Shown: positions 11,921-25,153, numbered from the stretch's first letter. The stretch is 64,000 nt of DNA from Eledone cirrhosa (GCA_964016885.1 OZ024742.1:130758001-130822000), one strand, 5' to 3'. Notes: generated by a model from the sequence alone, not told the origin. A program made the numbers and translations.

Positions 11921-14662
11921 GGATAAGAGAGAAAACACAGGTAAGCATTAAAAAAGGATTTTATCCAGATATTTACGACCGTTTCATTGGTAAGTGCAAC
12001 CTTATATTACTATACTGCAAATAGCAGCCACTCAATAATAATTGTTGTACACGTCCAAATTTTCAAAATAGTTACTCTTAATAAGTTCTTAATATATAAA
12101 AAATATTTTTGGGAATTGTATTTGCTAGTAAATAGAGAGAGGAAGAGGAATTAGAAAGTGGAGGGACAAAGGGAGTAGTATAGAGAGAGAGGAAGGGGGA
12201 GAAGAATTAGGAAGTAGGATGACAAACTGAGATGGAGGGGAGGGTAGAGGTGGAAGGAATCTTTGATCAGTTTTGATATATGTAGACATGATGTCGTCGA
12301 TTTAGTGTGTAGTGAGTTAAAGAGAATTAAATTGTTTATAGTGGGAGGGATGGAGAGAGAGCGAGCGAGAGAAAGTGGGGGGGGGGAGATAGATAGATAA
12401 ATATATATATATATGTATATAAAAAAAAAGAATGGGGGGGGGGGAGAAAGAAGAAAAGAAAAGACATAAAAAAGGGGAGAGAAGAAAGGAAGAAAACGAA
12501 AAGAAATAGAAAAGGAATGAAGGAGAAGGGAGGGATATAGGTATTGGTTTTTGTGGGTAATTAAATAGTATACAATAAGAGGGTAGAAAGTCTAAGTATA
12601 TGCAGTTTGTCAGGTGGTAATAAGAGGTTAAGGGTTCGATTTGCAGTTGTAGTGCGAAAACTTTTCTTTGAGTCTATGGTTACAATAAATCGATCTTTCG
12701 ATTTTATTGTTGTGTAACTTATTCTTCGAACTCAAAATGTGGAACAGCTCAAGGTCACATAATCGACAGCTTCTCATACCACTCCGATATGGGGGCGCGT
12801 TCGATAATTTTTTCCACTTCAGGGTGTATTGGTGGTTACTTTCCTTCAGTTGCCAGGTCTTGTTCGCAAGGGTAGTTACATAACGATGCTGGGAATGTTT
12901 CATTGCGTAACGGTGTGTATACCAACTAGCTTTAAATGTATTCCAGTCGCTCCGATGTAATACCATTTCTGGTTGTCTGATTCCACTGTGCATTGGTAAA
13001 CCAGGTTAGACTGCATATATTCGTTATGTAATGGACAGGTTTCAGGTAGGTGGCAATTACAATTCTTGTCATGGGCAGCCTTGGCATTATTAGTGGGCTG
13101 CGATGCCTGTACAAGTGTGTTACGTCTTGTTTGCCTATTAGTCGGTGGTTGTGTATTAGATATTCTGTTGTGTTCAATGGTATTTGTATTGTTATTGTTA
13201 TAAATTTGTGTTCTGGTGTTGTTACGTATCTTTTTAGCGTTAAGCATCTTAATGTGTGCCTCTATGCTTGGTGCTGTGGAGTAAGATAGTCTAATAGATT
13301 TAGTGTTAAGGACTTTGCTGTATCTATGAGAATCTGGAAAGTGCTTATTTATTATTCTAAAGAAGCTAGAGGGTAGCTTAGTACTAATAGAGGTGTTAAA
13401 TATGGGTTATACCAAATATATTTTCTATTGCGTGACCTGCTTGATTTCGATGTATTTCTATTTTCATTATAATTTGTAGTTCTATGCGTAAATATGTGTG
13501 TGTGTGTGGTTCTGGAGTTTGTGTTATGCGTGTTCATGTGTGCTTTGCGGAGGCTTTCATCTATATATTCTACTCTATCTAAGTGGCCTGCCTTGTCTAG
13601 TGCGGTATTGTAGTACTCTGCATATTCCTCGAAGATTTGTTGGTTAGACGAGAGGCGGGAGATCCTAAGGGATATGCTGCGCGGAAAGGATTTAATTATG
13701 GATAGTGGGTGGTTCGAATTACAGTTGATGTATGCTAAGTTTTCATTAATCTTGTGAAAAGGTCTTACAAGTCCTGTATTTAGGTTAAGTGTTGCGTCGC
13801 GTCTAGAAAGTTAACTATTTTAGTGCTATATTCATACGTTATGCTAAGGCCCAGTTTCCCGATAGTCTTTCTAATATTCTTACGCAGTCTTTCTATGCTC
13901 TGGTTAGGTTCTTAACTAGGAGAAGGGCGTCGTCTCTGTAGATTCCACCGCGAAGGTCGCTAAACTCCCTCTGTAAATTATGGGCTATGTAAATACCTAC
14001 TAAATCTGTGACTTGAGCCGAGTCATTAGCCCCCATCGTGATGTCGAAGTTATTTAATCTATCCTTACGTTCCCAATAGGCGTTTTCAAATTTAATTATT
14101 GTTTTTCTAGCAGCTAATATAATTTTTATCTCGTCGTCTGTCAGGTCAGAATTGGCTTTGGCGAATGCTAAGGCTTTATCCAAGGTGTTGGGAAATATAG
14201 AGGAGTAATAGTCGTTAATGTCAAATTGTATAAACTTAGATACTTTTTTGTTAGCTATATTGTTAAACTATTTAATTGTTTCGGTAGTGTTACCCCATAG
14301 TTTAATTACTAGTTTATTCTTCATTTGTGCTATCACTCTGTCTAATATATGTTTACTAATTTTCCCAATGTCCGATTTGGACATGCATATAAGTCTAATT
14401 GTGGGGTTATAATCAAAATTTACCTTATGATCCTTGAGATTAAATGTGGGGGTACATGGCCTAAGTGGCTCCGTTCTGTCCTCTATTCCTAGGCGTTTGA
14501 CTATATATTGTGCCTCGTTGTTGATGTTTATCAGTGCCGTCTCGTTTGTTTTTTTGTATTTCCTATGTAATTCCTTCCGTATTAAGCTATTGTATGTATT
14601 AATATCCATCGTATACACATTTGAGGTTTTGTGCGCTTTGACAATAATTCCATTGGTGGTTC
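11921..14662 (-). mobile_element. Penelope-like element, 5'-truncated and disrupted
   Basis: KAHKTSNVY, LKDHK, PTIRLI, FDITMGANDSAQVTDLVG, IYRDD, WYNP; linker CNCHLPETC; LVYQC..YYIG GIY-YIG; CRLC; HHR 3' half GAAACGGTC near 11976-11985. Confidence 0.93.
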
Positions 14663-15740
14663 GCAGGCCACTTAGATAGAGTAGAATATATAGATGAAAG
14701 CCTCCGCAAAGCACACACGAACACGCATAACACAAACTCCAGAAACACACGCACGCACACACATTTACGCATAGAACTACAAATTATAATGAAAATAGAA
14801 ATACAACGTCGAAATCAAGCAGGTCACGCAATAGAAAATATATTTGGTATAACCCCATATTTAACACCTCTATTAGTACTAAGCTACTCTCTAGCTTCTT
14901 TAGAATAATAAATAAGCACTTTCCAGATTCATATAGATACAGCAAAATCCTTAACACTAAATCTATTAGACTATCTTACTCCACGGCACCAAACATAGAG
15001 GCACACATTAAGATACTTAACGCTAAAAAGATAGTAACAACACCAGAACACAAATTTATAACAATAACAATACAAATACCATTGAACACAACATAATATC
15101 TGTCCATTACATAAAGAATGTATGCAGTCTAACCTGGTTTACCAATGCACAGTGGAATCAGACAACCAGGAAAGGTATTATATCGGAGCAACTGCAATAC
15201 ATTTAAAGCTCGTTGGTATACACACCGTTACGCAATGAAACATTCCCGGCATCGTTATGTAACTACCCTTGCGAACAAGACCTGGCAACTGAGGGAAAGT
15301 AACCACCAATACACCCTGATGTGGAAAAAAATTATCGAACGCGCCCCTATATCGGAGTGGTATGAGAAGCTGTCGATTATGTAACCTTGAGCTGTTCCAC
15401 ATTTTGAGTTCGAAAAATAAGTTACTCAACAATAAAATCGAAAGATCGATTTATTGTAACCATAGACTCAAAGAAAAGTTTTCGCACTACAAGTGCAAAT
15501 CGAACCCTTAACCTCTTATTACTACCTGACAAACTGCATATACTTAGACTTTCTACCCTCTTATTATATACAACCCCTTTAATTACCCACAAAAACCAAT
15601 ACCTATATCCCTCCCTTCTCCTTCATTCCTTTTCTATTTCTTTTCGTTTTCTTCCTTTCTTCTCTCCCCTTTTTGATGTCTTTTCTTTTCTTCTTTCTTC
15701 CCCCGCCCTTCTTTATTTTATTTATTTATTTATTTATTTA
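14663..15740 (+). mobile_element. Inverted partial copy of the same PLE 3' region
   Basis: Starts gcaggccacttagatagag, the inverse of ~13573-13591; follows ~12430-13590 with an internal deletion near 15100. Confidence 0.93.
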
Positions 15741-15808
15741 TTCATTATATATATATATATATATACGATATATTAACAAATGGAAACTATATTTATAAAA
15801 GCATATTT

Positions 15809-15871
15809 ATTTCATTATACATATTTCAAGGACACCAAGTTAAATTATGGTGTGCTTTCATCAGATAAAAT
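15809..15871 (-). ncRNA. Minimal type I HHR (mirror copy)
   Basis: Reverse complement of 16000-16062. Confidence 0.85.
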
Positions 15872-15999
15872 ATAATATAGATCAGTTTTATAAATATATA
15901 TTGACATACCCTTAAAAAGAATGCGACCATTTCTGTTGGAATGGTCGCATTCTTTTTAAGGGTATGTCAATATATATTTATAAAACTGATCTATATTAT

Positions 16000-16062
16000 A
16001 TTTTATCTGATGAAAGCACACCATAATTTAACTTGGTGTCCTTGAAATATGTATAATGAAAT
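16000..16062 (+). ncRNA. Minimal type I hammerhead ribozyme, intact core
   Basis: ttttat CTGATGA aag-cacacc..ggtgtc-ctt GAAA tatgt ATA atgaaa; predicted cleavage after AUA. Confidence 0.85.
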
Positions 16063-16192
16063 AAATATGGTTTTATAAATATAGTTTCCATTTGTTAATA
16101 TATCGTATTTTTGCTCCAATAAATTGTTGAGTGCTTTATATCAGTTATAAAAATATTTGCTTGTTGTATCCCAACAATTTAAATAGAACTTC

Positions 16193-16253
<61 letters not shown>

Positions 16254-16606
16254 TATATATATATAAAATAAATAAATATTTGGGAATTTATTTTGTAGCC
16301 TTTTAGAGAATTTTATGACAATAAAAAAAGTGGCCCACGAAGGCTTTTTTAAAAAAAAATGTAATTTGATTGGTTATAAATGAAATTATGACTGCCACGT
16401 GAACAAGTTCATTAAATTTCGCGCCCGTATTTGGGAATTTATTTTGTAGCCTTTTAGAGAATGTTATGACAAGCAAAAGAATGGTCAAGAGAAATGGGAT
16501 GGGAGAATTGTTCTGGTTCAGTGAATATGGCTAGTTCGCTGAGGTGTCAGAATTCAGATTTTCTATTGAAATAAATAAAGTAGAAATATGTATGTTTATT
16601 TGTGTT

Positions 16607-16718
<112 letters not shown>

Positions 16719-17021
16719 TGTGTATAGGAACGTGATTCTATTAGTAGAAATGGGGGAGGGAGTTGTGTGTATATGGGTGTTATGTGTGTGTGTGTGGGAG
16801 TATGTTAAGATGGAGAGAATATATATATTTTGTGTGTGTGTGTGTGTAAGAAAGTTATTCTATTAGTAGAAATGGGGGAAGGAGTTGTGTGTATGTGTGT
16901 GGGTGGGGGTGGGGGTGTTATGTGTGTGTGTATGGGTGTTATGTGTGTGTAATATAAAATAAGTAACATTCAAAGACCAACCAGATGTGAGAAAAACCAG
17001 AGAGCCTCCATCTCAACTCTA

Positions 17022-17057
17022 CTTTTGAAAAGCAGAAGAACTGCGAAACCGGTAAAG
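17022..17057 (+). ncRNA. Minimal type I HHR with U3-A8 core
   Basis: ctt TTGAAAA gcag-aagaa-ctgc GAAA ccgg TA aag; palindromic stem III ACCGGT; stem I ctt/aag. Confidence 0.7.
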
Positions 17058-17126
17058 GAATCAAATAAATATATATATATTTTTTAAAATAAGGCGACAG
17101 TAGCATTTTCGATTTCATCTTGTTAT

Positions 17127-17210
<84 letters not shown>

Positions 17211-20200
17211 AAGGCGATGAATTAGTTTTGCGAGGTTTTTTATATGAAATCGTGTGTCGAAACAAATATTGTTATACTTGGGGAGGGTCATATTTGTGTA
17301 ATATTGCCAGAATTAATAACAGAACACACTCACTGTTTGGTTGGTTTTCGCTCCTCGCTTCTGTGTCTTTTATATCGGTAATCTAACTTACTCGCCATCT
17401 TATTTGCCATCTACAAAAAGATTAACCCCATGGAGTGCAAAACGAAGCTGGAAAAGTGTTTCACAAAAATACGTTGGAATGCAAAGGTAAACAACAACAA
17501 CAACAACAATAATAACGGTAGTAGTAATATAAACAATAACTCTGAGTATAGAAATAACAGCCATAACAATAACAATAGCAGGAAAGTGAGAAATAGTAAT
17601 AATGGTAATAATACTAACGATAGACAGAACAACAACAACCACAATAATAATAATAATAGAAACATTAACCACAGACACAGCAGCAGCGACCACAGTAGTA
17701 ATAACGGTAACAATACGAACAACAACAACAACAACCACCATGATAACAATAATAGCAATACACACAACTATGACGATAGATATAATGACAACCCCTTAGA
17801 GAAACTATTTTTCAACCCAGCTGACAAAACATATAAGATGGGTAATATCTATCCTACGAGGTTACCCTTTAATAAAAGAGTTTGCATACCACAACAAATA
17901 GATGACGAGACAGAGGCACAGTTCACCATAGCTAGAAATAAGATTAGACAAATAGTAGACAGGTATACTAAGAGACAGAGCAGACCAGAGGCCCAACAAC
18001 TTGGGAGGAAACCTGTAGAAGGCTTGGTTAGCCTCAAGCAGCGCACAAGGGATGGTGAGGTAGTATGTCTACCCACGGATAAGTCTGGTAGGATGTCAAT
18101 AGATAGCATGCCGAACTACATCAAGGCTATGCAACCCCACATCACCAACACGAGCGAAATTACACAACAAACACACGATGGGAGAGAGAAAATCCTCAAC
18201 GCTCACATGATGATGTGGACTGACATCCTAAAGCCAAGCAGATGCACTGCCAACAACTTCCAGGCGTCTAACAATGGCATACCACCCTTGTATGGGCTCC
18301 GCAAAGACCACAAGACAGTCGACGACCCGACAACAGGACCACCAACAAGACCCGTATGCGGAGCTAATATAGCTAGTAACTACAGGATCTCCTACTTCCT
18401 CTCAATGGTTATACGCCCCATAAATAAGATGTCCACAGATGTATGTGACAGTACAGAGGACCTCCTCAGCAGAATCAGTGAGTGCAACAAAAACAGGAAC
18501 CTATCCAACTGCATAATAGGCAGCATGGATGTGGTGTCACTGTACCCATCCATTAACATTGATTTTGCTGTGAAAAGATGTGTGGAGATGATCATTGAGA
18601 GTGAGGTGGAGTTCTGCGACGTCGACACAGACGAACTGGGCCTCCTACTTAGACTTACCTACGACACTGACTACCTAGACAGCCATGACCTTAGACGTTT
18701 CTGCCCTAGTAGACCTATAAGAGGTAGACCCCCCACCATAACCTCAATGGCAAAAAAGACTCCCATGGGAAGGTGGATTGGGTGGACCAAAGCTATACGG
18801 ACCCCCCAAAACAATGATCAGGTAAGAAAAATGGTCGCACATGCAATAGGGGCTAGTATCAAAACTACCCTAAAGGACCACATATTTAAGTTCAACGAGA
18901 AGATCTACACCCAAAATGAGGGAGCAGCCATCGGCGTCAGCATAGCTGGTGATGTTGCCAACCTTTTCATGGTATGGTGGGAAAGGAGACTTAAAGATCT
19001 CCTTAATGACCTCATCATGTACTCTCGTTATGTAGACGATATCAATATAGTTATAAGAACTCCCCCACTAGAGAGCACTAACAATTTAGAACGTAGCACG
19101 ATGGAAAGCATCCAGCAGATAGCTAATTCCATACACCAGACTACAACTGTAACTATCGACTTCCCTTCCAAACACCCTAACAATAGACTACCTGTATTAG
19201 ACACAGAACTCTGGATTAACACTATAGACGAGAGAGACCAAATTCTCCACTCACACTATGCTAAACCCATGGCCTCCAAATACCTGATACTAAAAACTCA
19301 GCAATGTCCAGTAGTGCTAAGTTTAATATTCTGATCGCAGATTTGGTACGAGTGATGAAGAATGTGTCCCGCATGTGCGACCCAACAGAAATGGAAAGAC
19401 ACATCCAACACTTCATCAACCGCATGCAGTTCTCTGGCTACAACCAAAGAGACAGTCAGAGTATACGAAGGAGCCATGGAGAAGTATAAGACCCTCATAG
19501 AACTGGACATGAAAGGAATTTGCCCATTATACAGGAGCAAATCATGGAATAGCTTAGATAGGGCTAGACATAAGATAGGGAAAGCCACCTCATGGTACGA
19601 CAACTAGAGATACCAGAGTGTCATGTTTGTGGACGCTACCCCTGGAGGGAAATTAGCTAACCAGTGTAGAAAGGCCCTGAGAAAGACCCACTTAAAAATT
19701 AAGGTGGTAGAAAAGCCAGGAACCACCATAAAATCCCTGATCAGCAAAACCTACCCTTTTAAGAAAACCCACTGTACCAATAGGAAATGTATCATATGTA
19801 AGGTAAACCCCGGATAAACTGTAAAACTAGAAACGTAGTCTATAGCATAAGATGTACAGAGGGTACTTGCAGAAACATGACAACAACATACATAGGTGAG
19901 ACAGCTCGTAGCATAGGTGAAAGGATAGACCAACACTGGGGGGAACTAAAAGGACGAAAAAACGGGTCAGTACTATACGAACATGCTAGACAACAACATG
20001 ACGGTAACATAGACAACATAGAAATTAGAATAATATCTAAACATAGAAATGACCCAGCAGATAGGCAAATCAGAGAGGCCAGTGAAATAGAAATTAGAAG
20101 ACCAAGACTAAACAGAAAGAATGAATGGAATAACAACAACACCCAAACAAACAACACTGACCTAAGAGAAGTATAAATAAGTAAATAAAATAAAATAAAT

Positions 20201-20675
20201 AAATAAATAAATAAATAAATAAATACATACACAAGCACAATAACAACAAGCACATAAACACACACTAGTCACCCATCACACAGCAAACAAAACACTATAC
20301 ACACACGCAAACGCATGCGCAAAGAAGACAAAATAAAATAAACAAACAAGCAAATAAATAAATAAATATATAGACAGACTGAATAAAAATGGCGTAGACA
20401 TACAATACAACAGGAGGAAAAGATAGCACCACTGACAATGTTGCAGATGTGCAACGAAAGATTTATGATAAACTATATATATGTGTTTGTGTCTATATTG
20501 TATCTGTATTATTTTTGACCGTCGGTCAGTCAATGGCAACATTGAGGACCGAGTAAGTTAGATTACCGATATAAAAGACACAGAAGCGAGAAGCGAAAAC
20601 CAACCAAACAGTGAGTGTGTTCTGTTATTAATTCTGGCAATATTACACAAATATGACCCTCCCCAAGTATAAAAA
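17211..20675 (+). mobile_element. Penelope-like element of a second lineage, with inverted terminal arm and tail
   Basis: ~17272-17394 is the inverse of ~20550-20672; left arm has a ~60-nt extension; (TA)n flanks; HHR relic CTGACAA-tgttgca..tgcaac-GAAAG at ~20428-20470. Confidence 0.93.
17430..20176 (+). pseudogene. PLE RT + GIY-YIG polyprotein, frameshifted after ~630 aa
   Basis: LPTDKSG, PPLYGLRKDHK, PTRPVC, SMDVVSLYPSI, QNEGAAIG, RYVDD, LPVLD; linker CTNRKCIIC; VVY..YIGETARSIGER; RQIREASEI; LNRKNE. Confidence 0.92.
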
Positions 20676-21002
20676 TATATATATATAAAGGAAACAGAAA
20701 ACTCAGAAGAGTTAAGCACATAGGCAGTTTCCGCTCATCAGCTGTTTTCTGGGGATCATTATAGTCTCAGATACTTCCAAAGTCAGGAATATTCCCAACC
20801 AGTGCTACAATAGTCGTTAAAGGAAAATAGCTATTCGGCATGAAAACACAACGGACGTTGGACAAAAAAAAAAAACAAACAAAAATCAGAGAAAAAATAA
20901 CAAGAAGACAAAATATCTACATACCGATATAGGAAGGAAAATTGCTACAATCGAAAGCCACACACCAATGTGGGTAGTTAGCCATAATAGGAATAAAGAA
21001 AT

Positions 21003-21190
21003 TAATTGTTTCTACATTTGGCACAATGCCAGCAATTATTCCAGAGTATTAATGGTGCTTTATTTTATCGACCCCGAAGATGAAAGGCAAAGTTAACATT
21101 GGTGGGATTTGAACTCAGACCGCAAAGGGACGTAACTCTATGTTGCAAAGCATGGCGTCCGATCCTCTACCGGTACTGCCAATTCACGGC
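21003..21190 (-). mobile_element. tRNA-derived SINE, family S1
   Basis: Reverse complement of the 22537-22721 sequence, diverged. Confidence 0.88.
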
Positions 21191-21302
21191 CCGTCGTTAC
21201 AAACACGTGGAACATATAAGGGAAACAGAAAACACGTAAGTGACAAGCACATGGACAGTTCCCGCTTATTGACTGTCTTCTAGGGATCATTATAGTTTCC
21301 GA

Positions 21303-21346
<44 letters not shown>

Positions 21347-22339
21347 CAAAATGATACGAAACGAAAGGAGCTGTGTGGTTACTAAATACAAGGTTTGGGA
21401 TGGTGGTTAGGACGGAACAAGAGGAGAAAGGAAGAAAGAAGTATCCTTCCTCAGCTGTAAATATTCCGATCCGATGTTTCGGCGCTGAATTACAGGACAT
21501 CGGTAGAGATCGGGAGCGCCCGAGGCCTTTTATTAATCAAAAAGCCAGGAGGAAAAGGAGAGAGAAAGGAGAGAAAAAAAGAGAGAAAAAAGAGAAAAAA
21601 AGGAGAGAAAAAAGGAAAGAGAGGAAAAAGAAGAAGAACAGAGGGGTGGGTGGGGGTGGGGGTGATGATGAGGAGAGAAGAAGAAAGAGAGAAGGAAAAA
21701 AGGGCAGAAAGAAGGAGAAAAAATAGGAGAAAAAAATAGGAGTAAAAAAAGGTGAACAGGTCCCATCGTGGAAAGACACAGGAGAAAGAAACATGCAAAT
21801 GAGTAACCGTGGAAAAATAGGGAAAGTAAGTTGTGGCCAGACTGTATGTGTGTGTGTGTGTGTGTGAGTGGATGGTTAAAATCCAGACACGTCGATGAAC
21901 AAGATAAGAGCGTGTGGTCAAATCCGAGGATGCTAGCGAAGAACGTGGAAAGAGGAAGTGAAATAGAAGGGTGGCGCGCGCAACCGGAAGGAGTGGTCAG
22001 TCGAAAGAGTGGAAGGAGAAGGTAGTGACAAGAGGCCAAGTGTGAGAATGTATGACTGTGGCTTCTATATGGGTGTGTGTGTGAGGAAGCGTATGCGTGG
22101 AGGAGTAAGTGACTGCGTATACAAGCAGGTGTGTGTGAGTGGATGAAATTGTCAGTTATATGTATATATGTATGTGTGTATAGAAGTATGTGTTTGACCA
22201 GCCCTTAGCTGGACTTCATAAATTATATGTTCAACTTGACAAAGTGAAAATTTGGTATAGGCCATTTGTGGGAAATTTTAAATGATCTTCGTATCTGTTC
22301 ACTTAAAAAGTAACATCAAAACCTAATGAGTTGTGAGAT

Positions 22340-23473
22340 TTGGAAAGAAAAACATGTATCATTGTTCAATTAAATGAGTATGTTAAAGTAACTGAGCTAA
22401 ATTTGACACCAGACAGAAAAAGAAACTATAATGAAATGGGTTACTTAACCTCTGTAAAGAAACCAGGAATTCTCTTTTTAGATCCATCCAGAAAAACTGG
22501 CAAATTATTTCTTATCAACATTATCTTAGCCAAAATGGCGGTGGATTGGCAGTATCGGTAGAGGGTCGGACGCCATGCTTTCCAGCATAGTTACGTCCCT
22601 TTACGATCTGAGTTCAAATCCCGCCGAGGTTGACTTTGCCTTTCATCCTTACGGGGTCGATAAAATAAAGTACCAGTAATGCACTGGGTAATTGCTGGCC
22701 TTGTGCCTAAAGTAGAAACAATTATCTTAGCCAAAATCAAAATTTAACAAGACATAACTTTACTGCAGCGTCCTCTTGCATAATTGCAGCAGTTTTGACA
22801 GACGAATGAACTGTTCATTCAATATTTAAGCTGCCTTTAAATATAACGTCATCAAACGCACATGTCTGCAACATTAGCAGAGATTCGAAATGACGTTCAA
22901 AATATAAATGAGATGGTGGCAAAATATACCCATATATCCTGCTTTACCTCAATGATTATAAATGAGCTATACTAGCCGCAGTTAATGGAACGGTAAATGA
23001 GATACATTTTAAGTGCTTGTTTTTTTTTCTGGGAGAGCACTTTACATATAAATTTTTCGATTCTGAAAATCCCTTGAATCAGTGAATTGCTACGTAAAGT
23101 TTTAAAATTTACTCTGAATTCTTCGAGAATCTAATTAAATCTATTGTCTTACTTTAGAAACCTGTACACTTTTCAACTTTTCAATGAGACTCGCAGTTTT
23201 GATGGGCAAAGATGTGTTAGTGTGAAAATATTTTCCTGCCGAGAAAGTGTTTAATCAGGACAAATACGAATTTCGAATTTAAACGATACTACTTCCAGTA
23301 AGCCTTTCATTTGCAATGAATATCAATTAGGTACAAGTACAAAATCTAAGAAATGCTGGAAATCAATTTGGAATCGTATTGCTTTTTCCAAAAGATGAAA
23401 ACAACAGAAAATTGTTCTTTTTAGTTCTTGACAGCAAAACTGAGAATATTGTATAACCTCAAGCACTGCAGTA
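22340..23473 (+). pseudogene. PIF1-type helicase relic (Helitron RepHel C-terminus)
   Basis: GILFLDPSRKTGKLFLINIILAK (degenerate Walker A), TVHSIFKLPLN, a FEFKR..PV.LSFAM.IN-like segment, KTENIV.PQALQ*; many stops and deletions; interrupted by a SINE. Confidence 0.8.
22537..22721 (+). mobile_element. tRNA-derived SINE S1, full length with 17-bp TSD
   Basis: A box tggcagtatcgg, B box gagttcaaatcc, central gcctttcatcc..ggggtcgataaa..gtaccagt; TSD attatcttagccaaaat on both sides. Confidence 0.95.
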
Positions 23474-23621
23474 ATATTGGGAAAAGTTAGTGATTAGAAA
23501 AATAATTAATTTAGAGTAATTATGTAAATTAATTCAGTATTAAAAACCCAGGTTTTTTTAGAAAATGTGAGAAGCGTAGAATTTAATTTTAGGTTATATA
23601 TTTATTTTTATGAAACTTAAC

Positions 23622-23703
23622 TAGAACCATCTTCTGAATTTTTTGGTTGCCATAGTTCTGAATGAATCAACATTGCTAGATCAAATGAGGACTGCAAGTA
23701 TAT
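23622..23703 (-). CDS. Candidate host exon D
   Basis: tttctttcaag|IYLQSSFDLAMLIHSELWQPKNSEDGS|gttaag; 82 nt, phase 0 to 1. Confidence 0.33.
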
Positions 23704-23959
23704 CTTGAAAGAAATTGGCCATAGAATAAAGTAAAGTATTAACGCGGTTATATTTGATCACAGAAAACCGGATCAAATACTGAAAAGCATTTAATCCTCT
23801 GTTATACGTATAAAATTTCTTTTATTCCGTTATTTAAAAGATATTTCTTCTATAAATAATAGCTTTCTAAATATATAAGGCCACACACTATCTTTGTGTT
23901 TTCGTGGTAAGTATTCTTTCTCTGTGGGATTTTGGGGGATATATATTAAATGCAGTCAT

Positions 23960-24320
23960 TACTTTGCAGTGTGGAATCATTTGAGCGTCGGACAAATGTT
24001 TTGCGGTATTTGATCCGGCCTTTTAAATTCTGAGTTGAAATGCTACCGAGATCAACTGACTTTCACTCTTTTGGATTCGATAAGTACTGCGTTCCATTTA
24101 ATCAAATTACCCCTGCACTCACAATTTCTGGACTTGTGTCTAAATTAATATACTATTATTAAGTAGGGGACTTTGGCAGAATCGGTAGAATGTCGCGCAA
24201 ATTGATTGTGGAATGCAGCTACGGCTCTTTACGATCTGAGCTCAAATATCACTAAGGTCCATTTTGCCTTTCATCGTAGCTAGGTTAATCAAATAAAGTA
24301 CCAGTAAATTACTGGATATG
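23960..24320 (+). mobile_element. Two tandem diverged S1-like SINEs
   Basis: Degenerate A/B boxes and gcctttcatc/aaataaagtaccagt motifs. Confidence 0.75.
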
Positions 24321-24784
24321 ATCAAATACTCACCTGTGCTTATGTAAGATAATTTTACTGTTTACACTATCTAGTTTGGTTAATACCAGCAGGTATGAAA
24401 CAAATTCGAACTGATTATCAAATCCATCGGCTTGAAAAATCTGGAAAATCTTGCAAATGCAATGATCCAAACCATATCTATTTATATACTTATCTATCTA
24501 TCAATCTATCTTGTGGGAAATAAAGAAATATATCTATCAATCAATATATCTATCTATATTCTTGTCTGTTTGCCTGTTTATCTGTCTGTCCCTCGCTCTC
24601 TACCTACCTACCTACCTACCTACCTACCTACCTACCTATCTATCTATTTAATATATATATATTTATACATATATATATATATGGTTGTAAGTATGTATTT
24701 ACTGTATGGTTGCATGTAATGTGTATGTATATATGCATGCATATATGTATATACACCCACCCACACTCACGTGCACATATATAT

Positions 24785-24851
<67 letters not shown>

Positions 24852-24852
24852 C

Positions 24853-24977
24853 AGTATTAATCTGGTTGTGTAATCTAGAAGCTGAGATTGTGACAAGGTG
24901 GTTTTTGTTTACGTCTCTACTGAAGCCAGTTAGCTGCATATTTAGATTTATTTGGCCTTCCACTGACTTTGAAGAAA
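24853..24977 (-). CDS. Candidate host exon C (SEA-like N-terminal part)
   Basis: tttgttttcag|(V)SSKSVEGQINLNMQLTGFSRDVNKNHLVTISASRLHNQINT|gtaaat; 125 nt, phase 1 to 0. Confidence 0.38.
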
Positions 24978-25121
24978 CTGAAAACAAACGTCGCTCGTAC
25001 CATCCATATATCTTTCTCTATAAATATCAGCTTTCTTTATTCTTTGTCATATATTGCATATTGGTTTTTATTTTCCCTGTCATTCACTTAGCTATGAAAT
25101 CCATTTACTGTTTATTATACG

Positions 25122-25153
<32 letters not shown>

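Larger units (their letters stand above)
15764..16195. mobile_element. Fold-back PLE-type element, family C: ~345-bp near-perfect palindrome plus ~88-nt tail
   Basis: 15764-15930 is the inverse of 15941-16107; tail ends cttctac before (TA)n. Confidence 0.9.

Noticed and set aside
17430-20176. Selenocysteine or programmed recoding in PLE ORFs
   Set aside because: Breaks seen are frameshifts and TAA/TAG stops, consistent with decay or sequencing error.
20715-20745. Minus-strand CTGATGA-gcg-GAAA as a hammerhead
   Set aside because: No room for stem II, no stem I/III pairing, and the related copy near 21260 lacks the core.
22537-22630. Functional tRNA genes at SINE heads
   Set aside because: A/B boxes present but no full cloverleaf; they continue into SINE body with TSDs.
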